The notes under the pieces are model-generated. The model ran no database searches, was not told the origin of the DNA, and saw only the letters and a program-made list of their open reading frames with translations. Source: Saccostrea cucullata (lineage: Eukaryota). Taken from it: 64,000 nucleotides of DNA. The stretch's first letter is position 1; the number at the start of each line of letters is the position of its first letter. This document shows positions 13,646-27,289 of the stretch, one piece after another. Location: contig NW_026924059.1 of assembly GCF_032062105.1 (NCBI RefSeq), positions 124,001 through 188,000 on the forward strand, given 5' to 3'. The translations under genes and the position numbers were made by a program.

Positions 13646-16600
13646 TAAAATGGATTATTATGCTTCTGTTAAAATGTTTCCTATATAAAGGTCAGAAGTA
13701 AAATAACTATCTTTTATAGTTCATGCATAGCAAAGCTATACCCCGGGGTATAGTTTTTGCTATCCACCCTCGGAAAAGTTTCATGCAATTTTTGCCTCCA
13801 GAATTTTGATTTCCAGCGATAAATTTATTGACTGATGATGTCATAATGACTTCAGTAGTATTGTGACGTCATCAGGATTTCAGATTATATTTATATTATC
13901 TCACTCCAAAAAAAAAAATCAAACCTCTGAAATTATATTATACATCAGTATAATAAAACGTTTATCCACTGTTTGTGAGTGGGAAGTGTATACTATTTAG
14001 ATTATTGTGAAACATTTACACAATACCTGTATTATCATTGAAATTCTTCATCACACTACCATTGTATCACAATAAGTGAAAAAAAAAATAGCATAATTTT
14101 GCCATTAAAAATGTGCGTGTTTCTGAAAAAATGCATAACAGTATTGATTAGCTGATACTGATCTGGGAAGAGTATGCAAATTATATATTAAATTGATAAT
14201 TTCAATGGCACCTGGTAATTTGTTGTTGCGCATCAATAATTGGGGAACAATGGCCTTTTATTTCAACACTTCGTATCATATCTTTAAATATCTTTGATAA
14301 TTAGCCAAGCAATTAAAGAAAATTCAACTAGGTGGAGTAAAAATATTTCGTTTCTTTTTTCTTTATTGCTTTAAGTGTCTTTCATTTGAATTTTAGAAAA
14401 GAAGCAGTTACAGTTTAAGTATTGTCAAATATCAAGAGAAAAACAAATTCAAGAAAAATATAAAAATTTGGCTATTTTTTAGAACATTTTATAAAACATT
14501 TTGTAAAGCTCTAAATTTAAAAAGTTTGCAATCGTAAAAGAATTTACAAAATTATAATAGAAATAAAATAAACGTTTACTTCCTGCTTTGGGATTCGGAG
14601 ATATAAAGATAATATAGAGATATTATTCATGATAAAAGCAGCAGCATAATTTCAAAATGTCAAAGAAATTATACTCATTTGGATACTGTTTATCTAAAAT
14701 CCATCTGGAATTTTAATAGCAGATGACAATAGGTTCATTTCTTATAGCTAGGAAATTTCTAACCAATTCATAAAGAAGATATAATAAAGAACAATTCCCT
14801 AACTTTAAATTTAACTCCAAACTAACAAAAAGAAACGGATTATTAAAGTTCATCAAATTTGTTCATTAACCCTAGTTTTCATGTTCTACTTGACAAATTT
14901 ATACAGAATTTTGTTTTAATTAATGCTGCGAAGACCAATTTGAATTGAATATATATAATTTTCTTTTCCAGAAAATAATGAATGCTTAATTTTTAATTAA
15001 AACTTAAAACGACCACACATGTTGAGAATTTGAATGCTCCTCTTTGTAACTACTGGGGTTAAAGCATTTATAAATAAATGTCAAGTCCTATGGCAGAGAT
15101 AAGAAATATTTATCTTATCCATGCTATTTCAATCCAATATTTATGTGAATTCGTAAATAAGACATCCAGAATGGCAATACATGTACTTCAATTCAAATTT
15201 TTTTAAGAGTGGGAATAAAATATGACTAATTGAAAGAACATGAAATTATATACTTGTTTGTTGTGATGTATGTCATAAAAGAGAGAAGTATTTTTTTTCT
15301 TTGTAATTGCAATTTAATTAGGGAAAATTAAATTTAAAAGATTTTCTAAATGCAGAAAAAAAAATTACCTTCACATTGAAATATTATTTTCCAAAATATG
15401 AAATTGGCATATTCTGTTAGGATTGCAATAGTAAAAGTTTGCAATTAATAATATGTTTTGGCGAAATCTTGATATTCTCCAATTAACGCACCTTGCATAT
15501 GAAGACAAAAAATACTATCCGAGAAAGAGAGAGAGAGAGAGAACCTGTTCGAAGCACAGGCGGATTCCGAATTGATTCAGCTGCGAAGTCTGTAGCCTTT
15601 ATGAAGCACTAATCAGTTAGTTCCTTTATATCGATAAACTATTTATTATTACCTTTACACAACAACTGGTCTTTCATGATAAAAAAAAGTTACAGATTCG
15701 AAGATAGTTCTTGGAATACGTGAACAATGTGCTGCCAAAAATCTTATTAGAAAAATTAGAAGGTATTGTAGTGTGTATATTTATATGCTGGATTTCGAGT
15801 TGAAGGTATATCACTCAGACCTCAGAAATAGATAGTTATGTCGATTGCATGTTGCACATCTGACCTTAATTACATCAATAGAATTATGATAAATATACAA
15901 ATATATGAATCTGGCTACGAGGATTTCATTGGAATCAGACATGCAAATGGTCGATATAACATAATTGTTGACACCTTTTAAAAAAAATATTTTATCGAGT
16001 TGAGTGAAGTACCCACGATTAATCTAGCAGGACCGTTTTAAGTCCTTAGTTAGATGTACTGTTCAAGACATATTTTTTTAAACTTCGAAGTGTCCTACTA
16101 GATTAATTAGCATTACAAATGTTGTTTTTAAAAAAAAACAAACCAAAACGACGGTGCCGCATTATCCTTTCAGATGGGTTGCTTTGAAGAGGAATAAGCA
16201 AAATATTAACACATTTTTTAAAATAAAAAAAATATATCTAATTAATTCCATGTGGGTTTATATCAATAATGATCAATAATGAAAAGGTCAGTGTAAAGGT
16301 GCTGGAATCAAAGAAATTGTATCATAAGGATTAAAACCTTCAGTCGCCATTACCTAACTCCTTGTCACCCAGTTCCCCAATAGCAAAATGATTTCGAAGA
16401 TTTAAGTCAAAGTATAGAACATCTGTCATCTGTCATTTTGAATCAATTATAAGACTTGTATTGCACTTTTATTGCCACGTAATGATGGGTGTGCATTGAA
16501 GAGGGGGTGATTTTTGATTTAGTTTACAGTGCAAATGAGATTAAGTCAATAAGCATACGTGTAAAAGATATGGAATTTTCAAAATATTTTCTCAGGGGGG

Positions 16601-17299
16601 TTGGGTGGGGGCTCAAAAATGATGTTTAAAAGTTCTAAACAAAGAACCAAAATTTCATATAAAATACAGTTCAAACATCCATTTAACAAAACAAAATTGG
16701 AGCAGAGCAAATACAGGCCTCCAAAAATCAGGTGGCATGGATGAGTGAACATTCCCTGTATACCAGACCTGTAGAATGTCTGTGATTACTTCGATGCCTT
16801 CATCAGTTGATACTTGACACATTATGGAATTGTTACTTTCAGAACAGATATCATACAATTCCTATATGAGGTATGAAGTAGATAGATATGTTGCAAAACA
16901 GGCTACTAGTTGCCAAAATTACATGGAACATTTAAAAAAAAAATACATCCATTCAGTATTATAGCGAATTTGCAAATACAAAATTCAGATTGTTTAATAA
17001 GTATTTGCTCATAAAATTACATATTTGATTTACTACTTATAAAAATAGAAAAAAGAAACATATTCAAATGCTTCTAATGTTTCATGTTCACTTTCAAAGC
17101 ATAAATGTTTTGCTCAATTATAAGATACAGTAGCGTCTACGGAGGAGGAAACCAAGATAAGAAGTGAATTATACGTCAAATCTCTTTTTAATTTGGTGAG
17201 CTCATGGAAATCATTTTTCTAGCAAATATTAATTTGTTAATTAAATATAGGCATTATTAACAACATACATTTACATTAACACTTCTAGATACCTCTGTT

Positions 17300-17491
17300 G
17301 CAGCAATATTGTCATAAAACGGCAGTGTAAAGACAGCAACGGAGTGCAGAGCGAGAAGGAAACGACGTGCCATTTCTGCAGTATCATTCCTGGCAAGTTT
17401 GGTATCCGTTTCAGAAGACATCGAACTCCAATGATATCGTGAATAAAATATGATAGTAGCCTATTTAGCCGGATAGATCGAGAGAGGAGAG
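17300..17491 (+). other. Candidate non-coding first (5' UTR) exon, possibly of the GPCR
   Basis: Higher-complexity, non-repetitive stretch ending in a consensus donor GAG|GTAAGT (17492-17497). No other + strand coding gene was found between it and the GPCR acceptor at 49993. The 5' boundary is approximate. Confidence 0.3.
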
Positions 17492-20400
17492 GTAAGTGTA
17501 ATTGATTCTGTCAAATGTTATCATTTTGAGAATTTTCACGAATGAAGTTCCGTTCTCACGTGAACTGAATAAGAGGGGTGTTAGTTTTCGTAAAGTTTAA
17601 TGATTCGTTTATGAACATACAAGTAGACATGTACCAAACAATTATAATTGTATTAATTTAGATGATAGAAAAGGATACATTACTAAATCCTTTTTAAAAA
17701 TTAAAGATTTAATAATTTCAAAAAAATTTAATAAATTATATATTGCATATTAACGAAATAGTAATTACACAAAATTGTACTGGATATCTTGTATGTTTAT
17801 TTCAATAATCAGCTCAAATGCAAAGTTGTGTTCCCAGTAAGTCCAAATGTAAAAAAAAAAAAAGAAAATATAAATTATATATTCATTTTGATTTTTTTTT
17901 CAGAAGAGATTTTTTTCAAGTCGAATTTCAAGCTTTTGATAACGAAAACTTGTATGTATGACATAACTAAAATGATAATAAATACATTGATTTATAATAT
18001 GAGGAAGCTACATCGAATTGCATTTAATATTAATAATATATTAATATTAAAAAGTGTACAGACATCCAGGGACAAAGGCATCTCATTGTAGTTCTAAACT
18101 ATACACATGTCCATAAACTGGAACTCTTTGGGTGAATGGCGTGGGAGTTGAAAAATAATTGTATATTTTATCAGCCTTGAAATGTGTCATTTGGATGCTC
18201 TAATGAATGCTCAGTTTAATACAGAACATTGTTGAAATCAAAATGCATTTATATACAAACCTAATTTTGTTTAATAAATATTGCTTAAACGAAAACCAAT
18301 TAACGTATACAAAACTGAATGAAAAACTGAATGGATTTACCACATTAACACAAGTTTCATTTGAAGTAAGAGCATGTAAAAGTGACAAAATTGTCTAAAA
18401 TGGGAAACACAAGTAATATACAGTGACAAAAATTGATGCCAAGTTGTGTTCACTCGACGAAGTTACCAACTCTATTGGGAAACAATGAGAGAAGATTTTT
18501 TACAAGTTACATGGGAATAGAACCATTGCAATCAATCAACCCATTTAAAAAATGCAGCTTTTTAATTATGTACAAATAATTTAACCCTCTTACGCTGTAA
18601 AATTGTAAAATTATAATTTAAGAAAAAAAGTTATCTCGGACTAATTCAAGTATGAAGTATTCATTCAAATTGTGTGCGTTAGAAGTGAATGATAAATTAG
18701 TGGTTCAGTGACCGATGAAACATCAGATAACCATCTAGAATTCACAGCTGAGTGATATCTGAGCCATGCATTTCCTGCTACGTTTGCTCATATTACTCCG
18801 TTTGTTTTTATACGTTTTTTCTAAAAGGTTAATTGCCCTTTTCGATTAACAAGTCGAAAAAAGTCATTGTTTTCAAATAATAATGTGTGAAGACATTCAT
18901 ACTTTTGAGGTACTTTTGATTTGAGCTTCATTGACGATCTATTGTAAGTGAAAGCTTATTTCAAAGCAAGATCAGAATTTAGTCTCTTTGTTTAATAAAA
19001 ACTAATACTGGAGTGAATAAACTAAAAACACAATGAACGCTAACTGCCTATGTTTCCCATAGAGTATTGATAGAGTATTTATACCAGCACCTTAATGTGA
19101 GGGGTAAACCTGAAGTTCTTCAAGTCAACAAACACGTTTGAGTGCAACGTCGTAAACAAACAGTTGGTAGATGTACTTCCTTGCAATTTTGAAAATTGTA
19201 CTTTGAACTTTGAAGTTGGTCCTTTCAACGTCAAAGTTTGCTTTTCCCACGTTAAATATGGTCTTTTGAACTTTAAAATTTGATTTCTCTAACGTTGAAA
19301 TTTCAATTCCAAATTTTATCTTGATTTCAAACTGTGTAAAGTTTTTAATTTCCACCTTTATTTTTGCTTTTCCAACTTTTTACTTAGCATATGTATTACA
19401 CGGAAACAAACTGGTGAGCAATGATATTTTGTTTTTTATCTTCAGCTTGACGTTCCAGTTAAAAACCTTTATTTCTTTTATATGTTTATAGATAATTACT
19501 TCATATAAGTACGTGAATGAGAGCATTTCAAGCATACCTTTTTAAAAAGATGGCATACATGTACATATGGTGGTTTGTAAATGGACATGATTTTATAAAA
19601 GATGTTGTTTCTTTCTGTCGTAATTACATTTAATATTTATATTATTTTATAATGATTAATATAATTATATAGAAGAGCAACGCGATTTCAGAGTCAAAGA
19701 GTTTGAATATTAAGCACATAGGGACGTACAAAGCTGGAAAAGCCAAGAATAATACTGCAAATTTATATACTAGAATTATCAACTTTTCAGTTGGGAAAGA
19801 CAAAATATAAAGTACGAAAGAAAACAAATTAATTCATAATAACTAACTGTGAAATTTGAAAATGCAAGGTTAAAGTCGGAAATAGCAACCAGATGGTCTT
19901 ACACGTACTTACTTTCAACCCCTCCTCGGCGCAGATCAGCATAATGTTTCTTTTAAATAACTTAAGAGCAGATATCATTTTGATACAATGGAACTATTAA
20001 AGTTTTAACACTATTGATTTATGAAAATTTGATTTTCATGAGCTACATTTCATTATAAATTTATTCTGTATACTTAAAAGTTATTGCTTTTAATGGCAAG
20101 AAGAGCAACTTCTCTATTTTCTGAACGTATAAAAGGATATAGAAATCATTTTTTAAAAAGGATTTTTATATTCAATGTTGTGGCGGACGGGCATTCTTTT
20201 TTCTATTTTGCATATAATTTTGATTTTTATAATTATATAATTTAGAATTGATATTGAAAAATGGAGACTTTCTATTCGTTTTCATTGTCTTGTTTTCTTG
20301 CATTGTATACATTGTTCACATGCATGTATGAATTTAATTTGAATAAAATAACAGTCTTTCAACATCAATCTTATGCTTATTTAATTTCATTTATTCTTTC

Positions 20401-21119
20401 CAGATATGCAAGAAGCAACCCAAGTTTTTTCGACTTAAATTTTTAAGCGAATTTCCCTCCAAGCAAAAAGAAGGTGTAAAACTTTCCTTCTGTTTTAATT
20501 CAAATCTTGTAAAGCTTTAGAATTCAACAATTTAAACTTCTTCCATCATTTGCCTTGCACCACACTTTTACAATTTTCTCCCTTACTTTTTTTCAAGTCT
20601 TTCAATTTTTTTGCTGTTTTTTGAATAAAAAGAGTGAATAGGAAAATCAACATGAATGATAATTAAACATGCTCTCATCTGAGCGGATTGTAAACATAAT
20701 ATTTTGTAAAGGATATCAAAATCATTGTTTTGCCTATATCATCTGTCGTTAATAATTACTGTTAAACTCCAGTCTCATAATATTAATGGCGTGAAGCCTA
20801 TTTACACCTCATGTCACGAAATAAGAGGGCGTCTTATACGTTTTATACATTGTTTGATTAAGTGGCGGTAGGAAGTTGGAAAAGTGTTTTCCTATAACTT
20901 AGCACCAAATCACAAGACCCTAATCATGATTCTAATTAAAGCTAATGTATTAAGTGCACATGTTGCTAGGGAACTTGCAGCAAAACACACGTGAGTACAT
21001 TTCAATAACAACAAAAAACCGTGTAATTTTTATTCTTTGCAGACAAATTAAGAATTTTTTCATGTCATGTTTCTTAATCGATTTTTTTAAATTATGCACT
21101 TTTTAAAATATTAAATACA

Positions 21120-21630
21120 GCTGATCCTTGCTGTATCATTGTAGTCCATCCAACTCCCAAGGGGGAATAATTTAAACATTTTTTTTAATTCCACAATAAA
21201 TGATGATGCTGCCATATAAATATGATTAAACATGTCTTAAGTTCCTATCTCGAGAGGATCCCATGTAAAATCTTGATCGCCCATTGTTGCACCACCATAA
21301 ACTAGATATACGTGAATTGACATTACATGGGTATGATTTCATATAATAGGACTGTTCATGGTTTTCCTTCTGTTGCCAAAAATATTTAGAAAAAAAATAT
21401 TTATTATTTCTATGTTAAACTTTGACTGCCAAGTGTGGCCTAACCTTACCCCGTGGGGTCATGATTTGAACAAATAAAAACATGCACCACTTGTGGATGC
21501 TAACATATGAAAAGTGCTCATAAGTTTTCCAATGTAAAACCCTGATTCTTATTGTAAATGCACAACCCGCATTTCATTTGGATGCTTCTGTATGATTAAA
21601 CATTGATTATACTTGAGAAGAAGATGAAGA
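21120..21630 (+). repeat. Degenerate oyster-type (Cg170-like) satellite/HINE units
   Basis: TGTGGCCTAACCTTACCCCGTGGGGTCATGATTTGAACAAA at 21434-21474 and related degenerate units. Similar remnants lie at 57400-57800 and 60540-60670. Family name from recall. Confidence 0.5.
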
Positions 21631-21647
21631 GCAACATATTTTGTCCT

Positions 21648-21840
21648 ATACTCAGTTCTTAAGGCCATTGAGCAATGAGGGAACATTTTCTTGCCAACAC
21701 CTACTCCGACAAGGATCCTCGGTTAATCCAGTCACGTCTGAAGCACCGGTTTCCACGTCCCATAGTTGAATTCGAACCCGCGACGTTAGAATTGCAGTTG
21801 CAGAGGAGACGCTCAAACCACTGCGCAACACGGGCGGCAT
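21648..21840 (-). mobile_element. tRNA-derived Meta-type SINE (3' truncated)
   Basis: Reverse strand GCCGCCCGTGTTGCGCAGTGG...GGTTCGAATTC...AACCGAGGATCC...GCTCAATGGCC. Confidence 0.75.
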
Positions 21841-24800
21841 AATGTATTTCAAAGTTCTTTTTCTATTCTTTACTACATGTACTTGCCTACTGTAAATAAC
21901 ATACTAGATTAAATTGAGCTTGGGCTGTCTCCAGGCGTAAATTGCTTTCTTTATAATTTGCTTTAGTTTTTCTGTGTTATCGTCCATCGAACTTCTTATC
22001 ATATTGCGAATGAGGATATATATTGAATCGTTCTAATGCGAAGAAAATATCTATGCTTCTTTTGCCAAAATTTTTAATGAGGAATTGCATGGTGATGTGC
22101 ATTACTATATAAAAACAATGTATATTTTACACAAAACAGAAATACAATAAAGAGAAAACTGCCCCACGGAGGGACGCCCATGAAAATTAGCTTTGTCACA
22201 ATGCTTTTATTTTTAGAAAAGTTCTTGTTTAAATGTGTAGAATGCAATCAAGAAAACAGAAATAAGATCTTATTCCGTCTATCCCGCGTGTTTCTGAATC
22301 TCATTAGCTGAGAATCCTCTGTCGTCTTTCCATTAGAGCGCAATAATGATGAATTAATACACTTTACACCTCATCTATGGCTTCAGTGGATTCATCATGT
22401 GTTTTGTAAAGGAAGACTGCTGTTTTCCAACCATAAAATTGACTTTTGTTTTTAGTCGTGAGGGTTATACTTTTGGTCTTATTAGTGTATTAATTTCTAT
22501 CTACAAAAGAACAGCTAGATTCGCACGACTAATGAGCTGTGAAAATTTGATTGGATCATTTCAAGTACAAAAGTTGCATACGACGAAAAAAAAAATTATC
22601 ATTTTGTGTTCATGAAATTAATGATGTAAACAACATGCGAGAGTAAAAAATTATTATCGATATCTTTTTGTATAAGTAAAATGAAAAAAGGGTTCTAGTG
22701 TTCAGATTGTAGAAATTAAATAAATGTATCCTAGAGACTTTAACATGTTACTTGGAAACCAATATTTCACATACACTTAATTGTCTGGTCGACTACTTCT
22801 CTCTCAGATGGATAAAGCAATTCTGATGAAATTTCACAGTTATTATAATTAAAAGTTTAATTGTGCACACAACCTTCAAAAAACTTCTCCCCTTTCCACT
22901 GAGACAGAGGATGGTCAGTTCAGGTTGACGAACATTAATGTTTGAAAGAGCAAAACTTACAGTAAATTGTATCTGCAGAAAAAGCAAAATCAATCTACGG
23001 AATGCATTTATTTTGTATAACACGATAAAAAACAAATAAACCTTGGAGAAGAACATCTTTTTAGCATCACTCGTTGAATATCGGTCGCTTGTACAAAAAG
23101 TACATACAGGTCAAATATATGATTTTTTTTTCAACGAAACGAAATGTATACCACCGTTTGGCTCTTGCAAACCCCATAACACATTTCATTGTTTCATATC
23201 AGTTCTTGATAAGCATGATAAAGATAAGATTAAAATTTTAAATCTTTATTTTTATGCGCCACAGCGACTACATGGGCGACTAAAATAATTCTAAAAATAA
23301 ACAAGCCGTTATGGGTTGTGTCTGTCTGCATGCTAGAAGGTGGAGGGAGCTGAGATAAATTGTTGATTTTCTCGATAAACGAGATTTTTTTTGTAAAAGA
23401 CAAAATGAATGTAATGTGGTTTATATTGCTTGTATTTATTTTCTGTTAAGTCATCGATTTTAAAATAAGTAGTCAGAATTTAAAATTCCCAAACGGAAAG
23501 ATTCATGCTCAATCTTGTTCACATCTGCTTTAACATTTTTAAAAAAAATTCTTTTCAATTCGTATGCCTATGCTTCTGTACCTTTAAAAAAGATTTGCTG
23601 TTAAAACTAAACACAATAATAGCAAATGTGCTTATTTGTGATATTTGAAGGACTTTGAAATTGCTTATTTTTGATATTTGAAGGACTTTGAAATTGGTTA
23701 AGAACGCAACGTTCTATCAGATGATAAGGTCTTCTATCAGAAAACGATATTGTTTTTTTTTTAATCAGAATAAAGTTTTTCAATTTCAATCTAGCCTTTC
23801 TTTTCTTTCTCCATCTCAATACGAAATTAAATTACACTTCTCTTGAAATCTTTTATCTCCGTCCTAACTGATTTACAAGAAGGAAGAAAGAGCTGGATGC
23901 TATATTACACCGTGGTGTAATTTTAAAGACAATTATCCAATCTTTCAAATGCCATCATAAAGCTAGTGATTGATGGGGATTCATAAAACTTTTACACTAC
24001 TCTGCACTGGAAATCTGTTTCTGGGTCTCAATGGAAGATGTTACAAAATGTGTTTTGTTTCTAACACTTTGCACATGGTAAGTTATGGGTGAATATCCTT
24101 TTAATCTGAACCCCAAAAACTTACTCTCATGCTACTTATATAAATGCTTAGTCAGTAGCCGACATATATCTTAAATAAATTTCCTTTAATTTCAAGAAAA
24201 TATACGAAAAATCTCTTTTACAGTATACAAAAAGCGTTTTGAATTTCCTAGAATGGGTTTATATATTATTAATCTTTAAGCCGAAGTGAATGAATTTTAT
24301 ATGATTAGAAAGTTTATTAGTGTATATATTTTTAATAAACATTATTATTGAAGCTTTAGGAGAAATAAGACTCCTCATAATGCTTTTCCAATTAATAGAT
24401 AGAAATTTTTAAAATTTATAGTCAATTTCAGGTCGCGTTACTGAATTAATAAATTCCAGGATCAATTGAAAATATGCCTAACTGGCAATAAAACACACTC
24501 GCATTTCATTGATCCATCTGAAACATTGTGAAAAATTGTTCTTAAGTAATCTTTTTAGAAATATTCCGCTACCACTTGCATATTGTTTACATGTCACCCT
24601 AATTATTTGATGCACGTGTTCCCAGTGCCATATATTATATGGCCATAAATCATAAACAAACGCAAATGCAAGCTATTGACAGATAAGTTAGTGTTACTGG
24701 GATTTAAAGAACCTCGAACTCGTTAAAAGTCAACATTTCGTACTATCTTTGGTCGTTTTGATGACCTTATTATCAGATTAACTGGTCACTAATTATTAGG

Positions 24801-25865
24801 TTGTACAGTTTATATAGATTCAATTTGATTGAATAGTCCATACGTATTGTACACATATATGTTTCCGTTGTTTTTATACTAAATATTCCGCTAATGCATG
24901 GCTTACAGTGGGTTTCACCGATTAACGGGAAAGGCTTACTTCTAGATACCTAATCCCACCTCTGAATTTTCTGAGGTCAGTGATGTATATCTTGTTCACA
25001 GAATCGTTTTGCAGTTATGTTTTCTGAGAAAAATAATTTTTTCCACCCTTTTTAAATGATATTGTCCAAGGGTGACTGAAAAACGTAGGTTTTAAATCAA
25101 TTGGGCATTGTATTTAGCTGTAAGCAACAGCGTATGTGTGGGTGCCCTTGCAGCAATACCTTTTTATTTAAGAGAATTACCCTAGACGAAGTGAAGGACG
25201 TTATTTATATTTCGTTCTTTATAACAGAAGTCATTTGTCAAGTATTCCATAGAAACTCAACACTTAAATCTTTATTTCATCTTCGCCATTCCAAAATAAT
25301 TTCATTTATGTATCATATTCCAGACGCCTTTGATTTTTTTCTTCAAAAATTGTCAAGTCATCGAAGTGAAGTAAGCCATTAGTGAAGGTCTTTTCATTTA
25401 CTACCTTCGCCTACTAACTCTATCTTCGTGAACATTTGCACGTAAAATCTGCGTGTTCAAATTAACATATACAATACAATTCTAGATTGTAAAACTATCG
25501 TCATCTGAACTAAAGGATATACTTTCATAGAAATTGAGGCAAATTGACCGGAAAAGAAACTAATTATCACTTTGTCGTGCAAATTATCGGTAAAGGTTAA
25601 ATAATTACTCTTGCATCCCCGTTGCTGGAAATTATGCTTTTTCTGAATGCTCTACAAAATCCATTTTAAAGATATTTAGATTTAGAAGTACATGTTATTT
25701 GGTTATGGCACTCCCACTGCACACATATTTAAAATTTCATTCATCTTACGACCACAAAAGCTGTATAACTGTTGATATAACTTAAAATGCAATATAATAC
25801 ACCCTTAGGATAATTTTTCTTCGGATGCATACTACTAAACCTGCTTTGGATACTGAATCTTACAT

Positions 25866-26190
25866 TTATTACACCCCCGCTTGAAAAGCGGGAGGGTATA
25901 TAGTAATCAGTATGTCTGTCCGTCCAGCTGTCCGTACGTCCGTCTGTCTGTTACGCTTTGGGGTACCCGTCTCTTCTCCGCAAATCCTCTTATACCACTG
26001 AGTGAAATTTAATGAAACTTTCACAGAATCTGTATTACATATTGTCACCTCCTATATTATTTTTTGATCCGACGCACATTTTGGGAATTCCAGCCTGAGC
26101 AAAACAAGGACTTTGTCATTATAACCATATGGGAAGCGGGGGGGGGGGGGTATTATTTAGTGAGCTCATTGCTCACAATACCTCTAGATT
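25866..26190 (-). mobile_element. Short HINE-type element
   Basis: Hairpin CCCGCTTGAAAAGCGGG, (TCCG/TCTG)n microsatellite and subTIR AAGCGGGGG. The end GTGAGCTCATTGCTCACAATACCTCTAG matches the start of the 55306 element in reverse. Confidence 0.7.
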
Positions 26191-27289
26191 TCCTTGATAA
26201 TAAAGGGACTTTTATTCCAAGATCAGAACAGTTCCATTTCCTGTAGAATATATAAGCTATAGAGTGATTAAACTTGCAGAGATGGTGCCATTAGGGATGG
26301 ACCTTTACAAGACACGCTGTAAATGCTGATTTGACTATCATTTTAAGATGAAAGAACAAGTTTGCGTTTTAAATTTATCCCGATACTATAATTCTGACAT
26401 AGTTAAACTTGCATAAATGAGTCTTCCAATAGTTGAAAGCTGCAGGAAGAATATTACTTGTTGATGTTTTGAATAAATCAAACTAAAGGATACATAAACA
26501 CAAGTCAAAAGATTAGGATTCTTTGATTAATTTTGAATAGAAATAATGAGTCCCCAAAATCTAGATCTAAAGAGATGAAGCGTTTTCTTTGCAGCTTTTA
26601 TATATTGCACTTCTTACAGTTTTCTGTTAAAATCTTTATAAAAAATTAAGGTTACTTTTTTGAATATCAGTCATTGAAATTAGAAAAAAAATAAATTGTT
26701 GTTTTCTGAAAAATGAGTTTATTACCCCTATATTGAGGATTAAGCCAATCCTGTGAGCATTCCATGATTGAATTCTGAAATAAAATAACAATGGAATGGT
26801 CTTAATGACATTATCAGCAGTGAACAATTTTTCACCTATTCGGTACGATCCCTCCTTTAGTCTATTCTTGTTACGTCATCACAGACAATACGCAAAAAAT
26901 CTTAATGTGTGAATTCTTATGTAAATGTAATGTATTGTAATGGTTATCAAGAAATATATTATTCTAAGAAATGGCATATTAAAAGCAAACAACAGTAAAA
27001 CATAGGCAAAAAGCCAGTCTTCGGTCATTTTATGAGGAAAGAACGTGATCCCATAATGATTATCTTGGAGTTAAGACCATTATTGGTCTATTCAGAAAAT
27101 TGCTAAAACAGAATGAAGTGACTTTACCAATATAGTCACACACTCAACCGCAGGTTTGCTATGAAAACATGTCTACCACAAACAGGAAATAGCACAATAT
27201 GTTTACATCAGATTCTGTAAATTTTAACGTCTGTTTATATACTCGATTTTTTAAACGAACTAATGGAAGTTGTTTAATCGAGTTTTTTC

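Noticed and set aside
19125-19355. Repetitive 76-aa ORF (and the 71-aa ORF at 42811-43026)
   Set aside because: Translations of short-period internal repeats of MITE-like elements.
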